This document shows, in pieces, positions 9,254-18,579 of a stretch of DNA of 33,266 nt. Numbering within the stretch: the first letter of the stretch is position 1; every line of letters begins with the position of its first letter. Where the stretch lies: positions 1 to 33,266 of the forward strand of contig JAXITB010000001.1 in the NCBI GenBank assembly GCA_034680305.1. Reading direction: 5' to 3'. The translations under genes and the position numbers were made by a program. This stretch comes from Polaromonas sp. (lineage in GTDB: Bacteria; Pseudomonadota; Gammaproteobacteria; Burkholderiales; Burkholderiaceae_C). The notes beneath the pieces were generated by a model, which did no database searches, was not told the origin of the DNA, and was given only the letters and a program-made list of their open reading frames with translations.

Positions 9254-10243
9254 ATGCAACCATCCACCGTCTTGCGCCGCCGCACCCTAACCCTGTTTGG
9301 CGCCTTGCTGTTGACCGCGCCGGCCTGGGCCAATCCGGCGGCCGATTGGCCGGCACGCCCCATCAAGCTGGTGGTTCCCGGACCCGCCGGTGCAGGCATG
9401 GACATCTTCGCCCGCATGCTGCAGGCGCCCTTGCAGGCGGCACTCAAACAGCCGGTGGTGATCGACAACAAGCCCGGCGCCAACAGCCTGATCGGCAACG
9501 ATGCGGTGGCCAAGGCAGCACCCGACGGCTACACCTTTTTGTTCACGCCGTCCTCAGCGATCGCGCTCAACCCCCTGGTCGTGGCCAAGATGCCCTACGA
9601 CACCCAGCGCGATCTCTTGCCCGTTGCACAGATCGGCCAGTCCGGCTTCTTGATGGTGGCTCACCCGGGATCGGGCTTCAAAACCATGCAGGACATGGTG
9701 CAGTTCGCCCGGGCCAATCCGGGCAAACTGGCCTACGGCACCTGGGGCACGGGCTCGTCGGGCCACCTGGCCATGGAAGGTCTCAAGCAACAGTTCGGTG
9801 TCGATATGCCGCACATTCCCTTCAAGGGAAGCGCTGCACTCATCAATGACATCATGGGCAACACCATCACCGTAGGGTTTGCCGACATTGCCTCGCCCGT
9901 GCCGCATGTGCGCGCCGGCCGACTCGTGGCCTTGGGCGTCACCGGCTCACGCCGAGCCCCGGCCCTGCCGGATCTGCCCACCGTGGCCGAGCAGGGCTAC
10001 AAGTTCGATGCCGATGGCTGGTATGGCGTCTTTGCACCGGCCGGCACACCGATGGACATTGTTCGCCGCATGAACGCGGAGATCAACAAGTTGCTGGCCA
10101 CCGACGACATGCGCCAGAAATTCATCGCGCAAAACATGCCGGCCCCGCCCATCAAGACGGCCGAACAGTTTGCCGCCACCGTGCGATCGGACATCGCCTT
10201 GTGGCAAGGTCTGGCCAAAGGCATCAACCTCAAAGCCGACTGA
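9254..10243 (+). CDS. Bug/TctC tripartite tricarboxylate transporter substrate-binding protein
   Basis: AAGGAG RBS, signal peptide, WPARPIKLVVPGPAGAGMDIFAR, DNKPGANSLIG, APDGYT, HIPFKG, WYGVFAPAGTP. Confidence 0.95.
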   Translation: MQPSTVLRRRTLTLFGALLLTAPAWANPAADWPARPIKLVVPGPAGAGMDIFARMLQAPLQAALKQPVVIDNKPGANSLIGNDAVAKAAPDGYTFLFTPSSAIALNPLVVAKMPYDTQRDLLPVAQIGQSGFLMVAHPGSGFKTMQDMVQFARANPGKLAYGTWGTGSSGHLAMEGLKQQFGVDMPHIPFKGSAALINDIMGNTITVGFADIASPVPHVRAGRLVALGVTGSRRAPALPDLPTVAEQGYKFDADGWYGVFAPAGTPMDIVRRMNAEINKLLATDDMRQKFIAQNMPAPPIKTAEQFAATVRSDIALWQGLAKGINLKAD

Positions 10244-10314
10244 AGTCGTGCACCTGTCGCCTGGGTGAATCGGCCTGACTGGGCCGGCTCGCCCGGCGCT
10301 TTATGATGTGGCGA

Positions 10315-10336
10315 GCCTGCCGGCCGGTCGGTAAGT
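10315..10336. promoter_or_regulatory. PaaR-like TetR operator, copy A
   Basis: GCCTGCCGGCCGGTCGGTAAGT, 7 bp downstream of a TATGAT -10-like hexamer (10302-10307) and upstream of the crotonase-tetR unit. Shares CCGGTCGGTAAGT with copy C. Confidence 0.7.
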
Positions 10337-10395
10337 CGATGATCCGGCGGCCCCATCTTGCTGACCGTCTGATCTGCGCCTAAGGAGGGCTTGCC

Positions 10396-11169
10396 ATGCA
10401 GTACGAAACCCTGGACATCCAGATTGCCGACAAGATCGCCGTTGTCACGCTCAACCGCCCCCCGGTCAATGCCCAGAACGCCAAGATGCGCACCGAGTTG
10501 ACCGAGGCTTTCGATGTGCTGTCTGACCTGGAGGATGTGGCCGTCGTCGTGCTGACTGGTTCTGGCAAAGTGTTTTCGGCCGGCGCCGACATCCGTGAGC
10601 GCCCCAATCTGGGCGCCACGCCCGGGGCCTACGGCCGCCACAACCGCATCGTGCGCGAGAGCCACAACGCGCTGGTCGAGTGCAGCAAGCCCATCATCGC
10701 GGCCATCAACGGGCCAGCCATGGGTGCGGGGTTCGGCCTGATCATGGCTTGCGACATCTGGGTGGCCAGCACCGACGCTTTTGTCTCCATGCCCGAAATC
10801 AATGTGGGCCTGGCCGGGGGCGTGTCGTTTTTGCAAAAGTATTTCAGCCGGTCGCGGGCCCGCCGCATGTTCTACACCGGGATGAAAGTCGACGCACAGG
10901 AGTTGTATCGGCTGGGACTGGTCGAGGCCTGCCTGCCACCCGAACAGCTGATGCCTTATGCGATGGACATCGCCCGCGAAATCGCCGGCAAGAGCCCGAT
11001 TGCGCTGCGCCTGGCCAAAGAGGCCGCACGCATGACCGAAGTCATGCCATTGCGCGAGGCCTACCGCTATGAACAAAGCAACACCGTCTTTCTTTCCAAG
11101 ACAGAAGACGCCAGAGAAGCGCAATTGGCCTTCCTGGAGAAACGGGCACCGGTGTATAAGGGTCGCTGA
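10396..11169 (+). CDS. Enoyl-CoA hydratase/isomerase (crotonase) family protein, paralog 2
   Basis: TAAGGAGG RBS; VTLNRPPVNA, FSAGADI, KPIIAAINGPAMGAG, ACD, MPEI, AFLEKRAP. Confidence 0.95.
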   Translation: MQYETLDIQIADKIAVVTLNRPPVNAQNAKMRTELTEAFDVLSDLEDVAVVVLTGSGKVFSAGADIRERPNLGATPGAYGRHNRIVRESHNALVECSKPIIAAINGPAMGAGFGLIMACDIWVASTDAFVSMPEINVGLAGGVSFLQKYFSRSRARRMFYTGMKVDAQELYRLGLVEACLPPEQLMPYAMDIAREIAGKSPIALRLAKEAARMTEVMPLREAYRYEQSNTVFLSKTEDAREAQLAFLEKRAPVYKGR

Positions 11170-11204
11170 TCGCGGGCTGGCCGTCCGCGCACCTGGAGCC
11201 TGTT

Positions 11205-11864
11205 TTGCCAAGCCAAAGTCCCGCCATCTCGCCCATCAAGACCTTGGGCACCGCGTCCACGCCGCGCGGTGACGACCGGCAGGCGCAACTGCTGCGCATC
11301 GCCTGTCGGTTCTTCGCCCGCTACGGTTACAAGGGCACCTCACTCAGAGACATTGCACAAGAAGCCCAGATCACCAAAGCCGCGCTTTACTACCATTTCC
11401 CGAATAAAAACACCCTGTACGAACGCATCGTTCTGGAGGGCCTGCGGGTGCTGGTGGAGGAAGTCGCCGAGGCCACCAGCCGGGCCCCGACAGCCCTTGA
11501 GAAGGTACGCACCTTCATGCTGACCACGGCCCGGATCTATGTGCGCGATCCAGACCTGTGGACCGCCGGCTCAAATGCTTTCTGGGTGGACGAAGATTCT
11601 GTGCCGCGCAAATCGGCCATTGAGCTTCGCGATCGCTATGAAAAACTGCTGCGGGCCTGCATCGCCCAAGGCGTTGAATCCGGAGAGTTCAAGCCGGTGG
11701 ACCCGGCCATCGCCGGCCGGGTGGTGCTGTCCATGGTCAACGGGCTGTCCCGGTGGTTCCGGCCGGGCGGAAATCTCACCATTGACCAGGTGGTCGAACA
11801 GTACATCGACCTGCTCCTGGGTGGCCTGGCGCAGGCGCCGGCAAGCCGCCAACGCAAACGCTGA
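11205..11864 (+). CDS. TetR/AcrR family regulator (PaaR/KstR2-like C-terminal domain)
   Basis: HTH FARYGYKGTSLRDIAQEAQITKAALYYHFPNK. C-terminus RDRYEKLL..CIAQGVESGEF..VD......VLSMVNGLSRWFRPGG..TIDQV is typical of CoA-thioester-sensing TetRs. TTG start uncertain. Confidence 0.92.
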   Translation: MPSQSPAISPIKTLGTASTPRGDDRQAQLLRIACRFFARYGYKGTSLRDIAQEAQITKAALYYHFPNKNTLYERIVLEGLRVLVEEVAEATSRAPTALEKVRTFMLTTARIYVRDPDLWTAGSNAFWVDEDSVPRKSAIELRDRYEKLLRACIAQGVESGEFKPVDPAIAGRVVLSMVNGLSRWFRPGGNLTIDQVVEQYIDLLLGGLAQAPASRQRKR

Positions 11865-11913
11865 GCAAGAAGCCGACCCGCAGGGCAAGTCGGGCCTACT
11901 GGGGTTAACCCGC

Positions 11914-11942
11914 CTGCCTACTTACCGATCGTTTAGTAAAGT
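11914..11942 (+). promoter_or_regulatory. PaaR-like TetR operator, copy B (11920-11941), lying within a candidate sigma70 promoter
   Basis: ACTTACCGATCGTTTAGTAAAG: the left half is the reverse complement of the conserved half-site. Flanked by CTGCCT-N17-TAAAGT, upstream of the acyl-CoA dehydrogenase operon. Confidence 0.65.
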
Positions 11943-12001
11943 AATTGAGCCATGACCCGAGACTGTGACCTTTCCAAACTGCGACCTTCCTGGAGCCAGC
12001 C

Positions 12002-13219
12002 TTGAGCAGCCACGTCACCGACACACAGACTTTGGAGCGCGACCCGGCTTTTTATGAGGCATTTCGAGCCGAGTTGCGAGCGTTCATGCAAGGCCATTGC
12101 CCGTCGGACCTGCGCGCCAAGGTCCGCAACGGCCACAAGATGGGTCGGGCCGAATACTCGCAATGGCAGCGAATCCTGTTTGACCAGGGCTGGGCGGCGC
12201 CGGGCTGGCCCCAAGCTTATGGCGGCACAGGCTGGGACCTGCAGCAGCGCTACATCTTCGAGGAAGTCAGCGCCGAGATGGACTGCCCGCCGCTGTACCA
12301 CCACGGTCTGGGACACATCGGCCCGGTCATCATGCATTTCGGCACCCCGGAGCAAAAGGCGCGCTTTCTGCCGCGCATCGTCGACGGCAGCCAGTGGTGG
12401 TGCCAAGGCTACTCGGAGCCCGGCTCCGGTTCGGACCTGGCCTCGCTCAAGACCTCTGCCGTCTTGGCAGGCGACCACTATCTGGTCAACGGACAGAAGA
12501 TCTGGACTTCCCACGCGCAAGAAGCGGACATCATGTACACCCTGGTTCGTACCTCCCAGGAGGCGCGCAAGCAGCAGGGCATCACCTTGCTGGCCATCGA
12601 GCTGAACACGCCTGGCATTGAAGTGCGGCCCATCCACACCATCGACCACTGGCATCATGTCAACGAGGTTTTCCTGCGTGACGTCAAGGTGCCGGTGGAC
12701 AACCGCATCGGCGAGGAAGGAACGGGCTGGAAGTACGGCAAATTCCTGCTCGACCGCGAGCGCCTGTCGCCGGCGACCGTGCCTCGGCTGATCCGCCAGC
12801 TCGACGAAGTGGACCACTTGGTGCGCCAGCGCCTGCGTGAGCAGGGTCCCTCACCGAGCCTGATGCGTGCGCTCGAGCGACTGTTCCTGGCCAAGGCCTC
12901 GGCCCAAGGTGCGCGCGAGATGCTGCTGTCGGCCATCGGCGAAGAAATTCGCGGCACGCTGCAGTCGTCCAAGGCATCGGCGCTCAAGCTCCATAGCTCA
13001 GAGCTGGCACAGGCCATCTCATCGCTGGCCTTTGACCTCAGTGCGCCCGAGTTGGCCCGCCGCTTGCTGCCCGACGATGAGTCCGCCACGGTCTCCGATG
13101 CGCAAGACCGCGAGCGCCAACTGGTCCACACCTACCTGTTCTACCGATCACGTTCCATTGCAGGGGGCACCAGCGAGGTCCAGAAAAACGTGATCGCACG
13201 CGAATTGTTTGGAGCCTGA
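12002..13219 (+). CDS. Acyl-CoA dehydrogenase, large (PimC-like) subunit
   Basis: GWAAPGWP..YGG, WCQGYSEPGSGSDLASL, VNGQKIWTS, NEVF..V.VP, GWKYGKFLLDRER, SIAGGTSEVQKNVIA. TTG start with GGAG. Confidence 0.93.
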   Translation: MSSHVTDTQTLERDPAFYEAFRAELRAFMQGHCPSDLRAKVRNGHKMGRAEYSQWQRILFDQGWAAPGWPQAYGGTGWDLQQRYIFEEVSAEMDCPPLYHHGLGHIGPVIMHFGTPEQKARFLPRIVDGSQWWCQGYSEPGSGSDLASLKTSAVLAGDHYLVNGQKIWTSHAQEADIMYTLVRTSQEARKQQGITLLAIELNTPGIEVRPIHTIDHWHHVNEVFLRDVKVPVDNRIGEEGTGWKYGKFLLDRERLSPATVPRLIRQLDEVDHLVRQRLREQGPSPSLMRALERLFLAKASAQGAREMLLSAIGEEIRGTLQSSKASALKLHSSELAQAISSLAFDLSAPELARRLLPDDESATVSDAQDRERQLVHTYLFYRSRSIAGGTSEVQKNVIARELFGA

Positions 13220-13221
13220 GC

Positions 13222-14349
13222 ATGGCCTACACGCCCTCACCCTTGTTTGCCGGCGACTTGCACGACAGCGCCAGCCGCCTGGCGGCCGAGCTGGGACAAG
13301 GCCAGCGCGGTTTTCAGACCGCCCCCCCAGAGGCCCAGGGCTCCGACGGCTGGCGACAGATGCTGGCTTTGGGCTGGCAGGGCGTCTGGATCGCTGAGAC
13401 CGATGGCGGCTTTGGCGGCGGGCTCACCGATCTGGCCGCCATTGTGGAGGCCTTGGCTGGACAGGCGCTGGGCGCGCCTTTGATCGAGCGCGCCGGCGTG
13501 GTGCCGGCCGTGCTGGGGCCCTTCGCCCATGAGGCGACGGTGCGTGAGCTGCTTGCGGATCACGCGGCCGGCCACGCCTCGATCTGTCCCGTGCTGTCCA
13601 CCGCACTCGTCTTTGCATCGCCCTCGCCGCAAACCGACCGGCCCGAACGCGGCGCCGACGGCCGGCTGCGCGGGCGGCTACGAGCGCTTGATCTGACCGA
13701 GCCGGCCAGCCACCTGCTGTTCGCGGTCCATGCGGCCGATGGCAGCGCGGAGTTGATACTGACCGAGGCCGAACCCCTCATGCGAGGGGCTGTCCACTAC
13801 AGCAGCAACGACGGGCGGCGCTGCGCCGATCTGAATCTGGACGGTGCATCGCTGCCCCAGACTCAGGTGGTGGCCCGTGGCGAGGCGGTGAATCAGGCCT
13901 TGTGCGCTGGACAAATGGCCGGCACCTTGCTCGGCTGCGTTCAGGCCGTGGGCACCGCCGCCAGCCTGGTCACACTGACCATCGATTACCTGAACACGCG
14001 CTCGCAGTTCGGCGTCGCCCTGTCGTCGTTCCAGGCCTTGCGACACCGCCTGGTCGAAATGTACGTGGCCTACGAAAACGCCTACGGCATGACGCGCCAA
14101 TTGGTCACGGCCCACGGCGCCTCGCCACAGGCTCTGACCGACATCTTGGCCGCCAAACTCTACATGAACCAAGTGGCTCGCCAGCTCGGCGAATCGGCCA
14201 TTCAATTGCATGGCGGCATGGGCATGAGCGCCGAAACCCTGGCCGCCCGGCTGGCCGTGCGAGCCATCACGGGTGCCTTTGACCACGGCGACAGTGCCCA
14301 ATGCCTAGACTGGCTGACGGCGCAGACGCTGGCGCAGGCCCAGGCATGA
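13222..14349 (+). CDS. Acyl-CoA dehydrogenase, small (PimD-like) partner subunit
   Basis: Starts 2 nt after the previous stop. LGW.G....E..GG.G, TIDYLNTRSQFGVALSSFQALRHRL, AIQLHGGMGM. Degenerate middle region lacking SEP.GSD, as in heteromeric ACAD partners. Confidence 0.9.
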   Translation: MAYTPSPLFAGDLHDSASRLAAELGQGQRGFQTAPPEAQGSDGWRQMLALGWQGVWIAETDGGFGGGLTDLAAIVEALAGQALGAPLIERAGVVPAVLGPFAHEATVRELLADHAAGHASICPVLSTALVFASPSPQTDRPERGADGRLRGRLRALDLTEPASHLLFAVHAADGSAELILTEAEPLMRGAVHYSSNDGRRCADLNLDGASLPQTQVVARGEAVNQALCAGQMAGTLLGCVQAVGTAASLVTLTIDYLNTRSQFGVALSSFQALRHRLVEMYVAYENAYGMTRQLVTAHGASPQALTDILAAKLYMNQVARQLGESAIQLHGGMGMSAETLAARLAVRAITGAFDHGDSAQCLDWLTAQTLAQAQA

Positions 14350-16460
14350 CAGCCGCACCAGCCCCCGCGCGCAGGCATGCGCTGAGCCCCCTGTTTACCC
14401 CGGCGTCGGTGGCGGTCATCGGCGCCTCGTCGGATGCAGACCGCATTGGCGGGCGAGTGCTGCGCTTTTTGATCGAGGCCGGCTTCAAGGGCCAGCTCTA
14501 TCCGGTCAACAAGAGCGGCGCTGCGCAAATTCAGGGCCTGCAAGCCTTCGCCCGCATCACCGATGTGCCTGGCCAAGTGGACCAAGCCATCGTCCTGACA
14601 CCGGTCGCTGGCGTGGAAACAGCGGTCGACGAGAGCATCGCCAAAGGCGTGCATTGCATCTTGATACTCACGGCCGGCTTCGCCGAAATCGGCCCTGAGG
14701 GCCGCGCCTTGCAGGAACGACTGCGCGACAAATGCCGTGCCGCGGGTGTGCGCTTGGTCGGGCCGAACTCGCTGGGTCTGCTGAGCCTCGAAAACCGCTA
14801 CTTCGCCACATTTTCAACCGTGCTGTATGGGTTGCAGCCACGCGCAGGCCGGATCGCCCTGGCCACGCAAAGCGGCGCTTTTGGCTCTTGCGCCTACGGC
14901 ATGGCCTCCTTGCGCGGAATGGGCTTTAGCCAGATCGTGGCCACCGGCAATGAGGCCGACGTGGACGTGGCCGAGTGCATCGACTATTTCGCCGAAGACG
15001 AGGGCACCGACGTCATCTGCGCCGCGCTCGAATCGTGCCGAGACGGTCAGCGCCTTCGCAGTGCACTGCTCAAGGCCGCGGCCGCCGGCAAGCCGGTGTT
15101 GATCATGAAGGTCGGTCGCACCGAGCTGGGGGCTGCCGCTGCCAGCACGCACACCGGCAGCCTGGCTGGCAACGATGCCGCCTTCGACGCGGTCTTTGCC
15201 GAATGCGGCGCGCTGCGCCCCAGCTCGATCGAGGCCATGCTGGACCTCGCATACTTTTGCGCAGTCACCGCCCGCCTGCCTGACAACCGGGATGTCGGCG
15301 TGATCACGGGGTCAGGCGGCATTGGCGTGTTGATGGCCGACCAGGCAGGAGAGTCTGGCCTGACCATGTCACCGCTGTCCCCGCAGGGCTGCCAGGCGTC
15401 CCTGGCCTTACTGCCCTTTGCGGTGGCGGCCAATCCGCTGGACATGACGGCGCAGGTCACCTCGGTGCCCGGCGGCCTGGGCCTGGCCATCGAGATCATG
15501 TTGCAGCACGGCAACTACGGCACCGTGATCGCGTACCTGGCCCACGCCGGACTGGCACCAGCGCGTTTTGCCCCCACACTGGATCAACTGCGCGACTTGC
15601 GGCTGCGCTACCCCCACAAGAATCTGGTCCTCGTGATGCTGTCAACGGCCGAGGTCGATGCGAAGTTGGCCGAAATGGGAATTCCTGTTTTTGGCGATCC
15701 GAGCCGGGCAGTGGCCGCCGTCGCCGGCGCGGTGCGCATCCGAGCCCTGCGCGAACAGCTCTACACCCTGCCGCAGGGAACGGGCACGGCTGCAAACAAG
15801 CTGGGCGATGTCTCTACCGAAGCCAAGGCCAAGCAGGCACTGGGGGAGGCGGGACTGCCCGTCTTGCGCGAGATCTTGTGCGACAGCGAGCAGGCCTCGG
15901 CTGAAGCGGCGCAGGCGCTGGGCTTTCCGCTGGTGGCCAAGATCGCCTCGCCCGACATCCTGCATAAAACCGAAGTTGGCGGCGTCTTGCTCCATCTGAA
16001 CGACGAAGCGGCGGTGCGGGCGGCCTTCCACACGCTGATGCAAAGGGCCCGTCAGGCGCAGCCGCTGGCGCGTCTGGATGGGGTCTTGCTCGCGCCCATG
16101 GTGCGCGGCGGGGTCGAGACCCTGCTCGGCGTCCAGGTCGACCCGACCTTCGGCCCCATGGTGATGTTCGGAGCGGGCGGCACCGCGGTCGAACTGCACC
16201 GCGATGTGGCGCTGGCATCGGCCCCCCTGACGCCCGAACGTGCCCGCGATCTGATCGCCCGGGTGCGGTCGTCGGCCCTGCTGACCGGCTGGCGCGGCGC
16301 CCAGCCGCTCGACGTGCCAGCTTTGGTCTCAGCCTTGTGCGCACTGTCTGACTTTGCGATGGCGCATGCCCAAGACATCGACAGCATCGACATCAATCCT
16401 CTGGTGGTGATGGAGCAAGGGGTGGTTTGCCTCGACGCGGTCATCACCCGAAAGCCCTGA
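14346..16460 (+). CDS. ADP-forming acyl-CoA synthetase (acetate-CoA ligase family, fused alpha-beta)
   Basis: Start reassigned to ATG 14346 (ATGA overlap). PASVAVIGAS, LYPVN, AGFAE, GPNSLG, QSGA, GNEADV, phospho-His STHTGSLAG, NPLD, ATP-grasp HKTEVGGV, DPTFGP, DINPL. No GNAT domain. Confidence 0.93.
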   Translation: MTAAPAPARRHALSPLFTPASVAVIGASSDADRIGGRVLRFLIEAGFKGQLYPVNKSGAAQIQGLQAFARITDVPGQVDQAIVLTPVAGVETAVDESIAKGVHCILILTAGFAEIGPEGRALQERLRDKCRAAGVRLVGPNSLGLLSLENRYFATFSTVLYGLQPRAGRIALATQSGAFGSCAYGMASLRGMGFSQIVATGNEADVDVAECIDYFAEDEGTDVICAALESCRDGQRLRSALLKAAAAGKPVLIMKVGRTELGAAAASTHTGSLAGNDAAFDAVFAECGALRPSSIEAMLDLAYFCAVTARLPDNRDVGVITGSGGIGVLMADQAGESGLTMSPLSPQGCQASLALLPFAVAANPLDMTAQVTSVPGGLGLAIEIMLQHGNYGTVIAYLAHAGLAPARFAPTLDQLRDLRLRYPHKNLVLVMLSTAEVDAKLAEMGIPVFGDPSRAVAAVAGAVRIRALREQLYTLPQGTGTAANKLGDVSTEAKAKQALGEAGLPVLREILCDSEQASAEAAQALGFPLVAKIASPDILHKTEVGGVLLHLNDEAAVRAAFHTLMQRARQAQPLARLDGVLLAPMVRGGVETLLGVQVDPTFGPMVMFGAGGTAVELHRDVALASAPLTPERARDLIARVRSSALLTGWRGAQPLDVPALVSALCALSDFAMAHAQDIDSIDINPLVVMEQGVVCLDAVITRKP

Positions 16461-16491
16461 AGCGGGCCAGCACCATCTGCCAGGAGATCAC

Positions 16492-17049
16492 ATGAACGAA
16501 GCCACCACCGACCTGCCCGCAGCACCGCAAACCCTGCAAGACTTGCTCGACCGCGAGGCGATTCGCGACTGTCTGCACCGCTATTGCCGGGGCATCGACC
16601 GGGTCGACGAAGCCTGTCTGCGCTCGGTCTATTGGCCCGATGCCACCGACCGGCACGGCCCTTATCAGGGCACGGCCACCGGCTTCATTGAATGGGCGCT
16701 GGACAAGCTCAAGGACGCCCCGCGCGGCGTCCACATGCTTTCGAACATCCTGATCGATCTGCGCGGCGAAGTCGCTGGCGTCGAATCGTATTTCCATGCG
16801 CTGCAGGTCGACCGAGACGCCCAAGGCGGTCTGCGCGAGAACACCTTGGTGGGCCGCTATGTGGACCGCTTTGAAAAGCGCGGTGGTCAGTGGCGCATCG
16901 CCCAACGCACCGTGGTCTACGACTGGATTGGCCAGCAGGCCATGGCTGAAAAAAGCGACGAGCAGGCCTTTGGCGTGCGGCAGCCCAATGGCGCACGCCA
17001 ACCGGCCGACCCGCTCTACGCCATGCTCAAAGGGCTGCCCGCGCGCTGA
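16492..17049 (+). CDS. SnoaL-like / NTF2-fold protein (LinA/BaiE/scytalone dehydratase-like superfamily)
   Basis: LLDREAIRDCLHRYCRGIDR.D...L...YWPDATD.HG, HMLSN, GRYVDRFEKRGGQWRIA.R. AGGAG RBS. Confidence 0.88.
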   Translation: MNEATTDLPAAPQTLQDLLDREAIRDCLHRYCRGIDRVDEACLRSVYWPDATDRHGPYQGTATGFIEWALDKLKDAPRGVHMLSNILIDLRGEVAGVESYFHALQVDRDAQGGLRENTLVGRYVDRFEKRGGQWRIAQRTVVYDWIGQQAMAEKSDEQAFGVRQPNGARQPADPLYAMLKGLPAR

Positions 17050-17060
17050 GTCTGCGCCCC

Positions 17061-17813
17061 TCAGGCGCTGGCTGGCAGCGAGCGAGCCAAATCCCGCACA
17101 AGCGCCAAGTAGCGATCCTTGTTCGGCCGGATGCGATCAATGGCGCCGCCCATGCCCAAGACCACCGCCTTGCCCTGGACTTTGACCGGCAACAAGGCTG
17201 CGACGGTCGCGCCGCCCACCAGTGGAATGTTCTCCGCATAGGCCACCGACTCCCGGCGCGCCTGTGCGACTCGCTCCTGCATGACGGCCAGGGACTGCCG
17301 ATCCTGGGATTGCACCGTCGCAATGTTGGCACGACGCACCAGCTTTTCAACCTGCACATCGCTGTGCGTGGCCAGCATCAACCAACCCGTGGCCGATTGC
17401 GTCAAGGGCCGCTGACTGCCCTCAACGGTATGAAAGCGCAGCGGATGAACCGACTGGATGACGCGAATGTACTGCAGGTAGACATCGTTTTGGAGGGCGA
17501 TCGAGACCGTCTCGCCGGTGGCCGCATGCAAGTCTTGCATCAACTCAAAAATCTCACCTCGCCCAAACAACTCGTGGCTGATCCAATCACCCAGCGAGGC
17601 CACCTGCAGCGTGGGGAAATAGGTCCGCGCCAGACGGTCGTAGCTGAGGTAACCGAGCCGACAAAGATTCTTCAGCAAGACCGTGGCGCTGGACGGCGGG
17701 TAGTCCAGGCGCTCGGCAATCAGCTTGAGCGAGGCGGGCTGGCGGTGCTCACGGAAAAACGCCAGCACCTCCAGGACCCGCACCGCCGACTTGACCGATG
17801 ACACCGCCACCAT
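17061..17813 (-). CDS. IclR-family transcriptional regulator
   Basis: Start reassigned to ATG 17813. VKSAVRVLEVL...IAERLDYPPSSATVLLKNL..LGYL, LHAATGETVSI, SATG. Confidence 0.92.
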   Translation of the reverse strand: MVAVSSVKSAVRVLEVLAFFREHRQPASLKLIAERLDYPPSSATVLLKNLCRLGYLSYDRLARTYFPTLQVASLGDWISHELFGRGEIFELMQDLHAATGETVSIALQNDVYLQYIRVIQSVHPLRFHTVEGSQRPLTQSATGWLMLATHSDVQVEKLVRRANIATVQSQDRQSLAVMQERVAQARRESVAYAENIPLVGGATVAALLPVKVQGKAVVLGMGGAIDRIRPNKDRYLALVRDLARSLPASA

Positions 17814-17820
17814 GGCTGAC

Positions 17821-18579
17821 TCACACGGCCGAATAACCGCCGTCCACCGAGAGCATGGTGCCGTTGACGTAGCTGGCCAGATCGCTGGCGAGAAAAACCA
17901 CCGGTCCGGCGATTTCATGGGCCTGCCCCAATCGTCCGGCCGGGATGCGTCCCATGAAGCGCTCGAGGCGCTGCGGATTGGCTCGCGTGGCCTCGGTCAT
18001 GGGCGTGACGATGACGCCCGGGGCCACGGCGTTGACGCGAATGCCGTCTTTGCTCAGATCGGCGGCCATGGACTGGGTCAGCAGCTTGACCGCCCCCTTG
18101 GAAGCCGAATAACCCACGGCATTGGCCTGCCCATGCAGTGCCGCGCCCGATGCGATATTGACGATGGCGCCTTGGGTGCGGCGCAGTGCCGGCAAAAAGG
18201 CGTGAATGACATTGAACACGCCAAACAGGTTCACGTCGAAGACTTTGTGCAGGCTCTCGTGGGCACTTGGGCTGTCCAGTCCCTCACGGATGAGCACGCC
18301 GGCGTTGTTAACCAGCAGATCGACTTGGCCCACTTCGGCGCCCACCTGCTCGGCCAGAGCGGCGCAAGCGCTGGCATCGGTGACGTCCAGCCCATAGGCC
18401 CAGGCCTGGCCGCCCTCAGCACGCACTGCCGCCACGGTTTCTTCGCAGGACAGGCTGGGATGGTCGGTGACCACCACCCGGGCCCCGGCTTGCGCGCAGG
18501 CCACCGAAATGGCGCGGCCAATGCCACGGCTGGCACCGGTAACGAAGGCCAGTCGGCCTGCAAGTAATCCTGGGATCAT
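17821..18579 (-). CDS. SDR family oxidoreductase
   Basis: The real gene is the C-terminal 252 aa of the 561-aa track ORF. ATG 18579 overlaps the permease stop and has an AGGAGG RBS. TGASRGIG, LVNNAG, NIAS, YSASK, VAPG, VDGG. Confidence 0.93.
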   Translation of the reverse strand: MIPGLLAGRLAFVTGASRGIGRAISVACAQAGARVVVTDHPSLSCEETVAAVRAEGGQAWAYGLDVTDASACAALAEQVGAEVGQVDLLVNNAGVLIREGLDSPSAHESLHKVFDVNLFGVFNVIHAFLPALRRTQGAIVNIASGAALHGQANAVGYSASKGAVKLLTQSMAADLSKDGIRVNAVAPGVIVTPMTEATRANPQRLERFMGRIPAGRLGQAHEIAGPVVFLASDLASYVNGTMLSVDGGYSAV

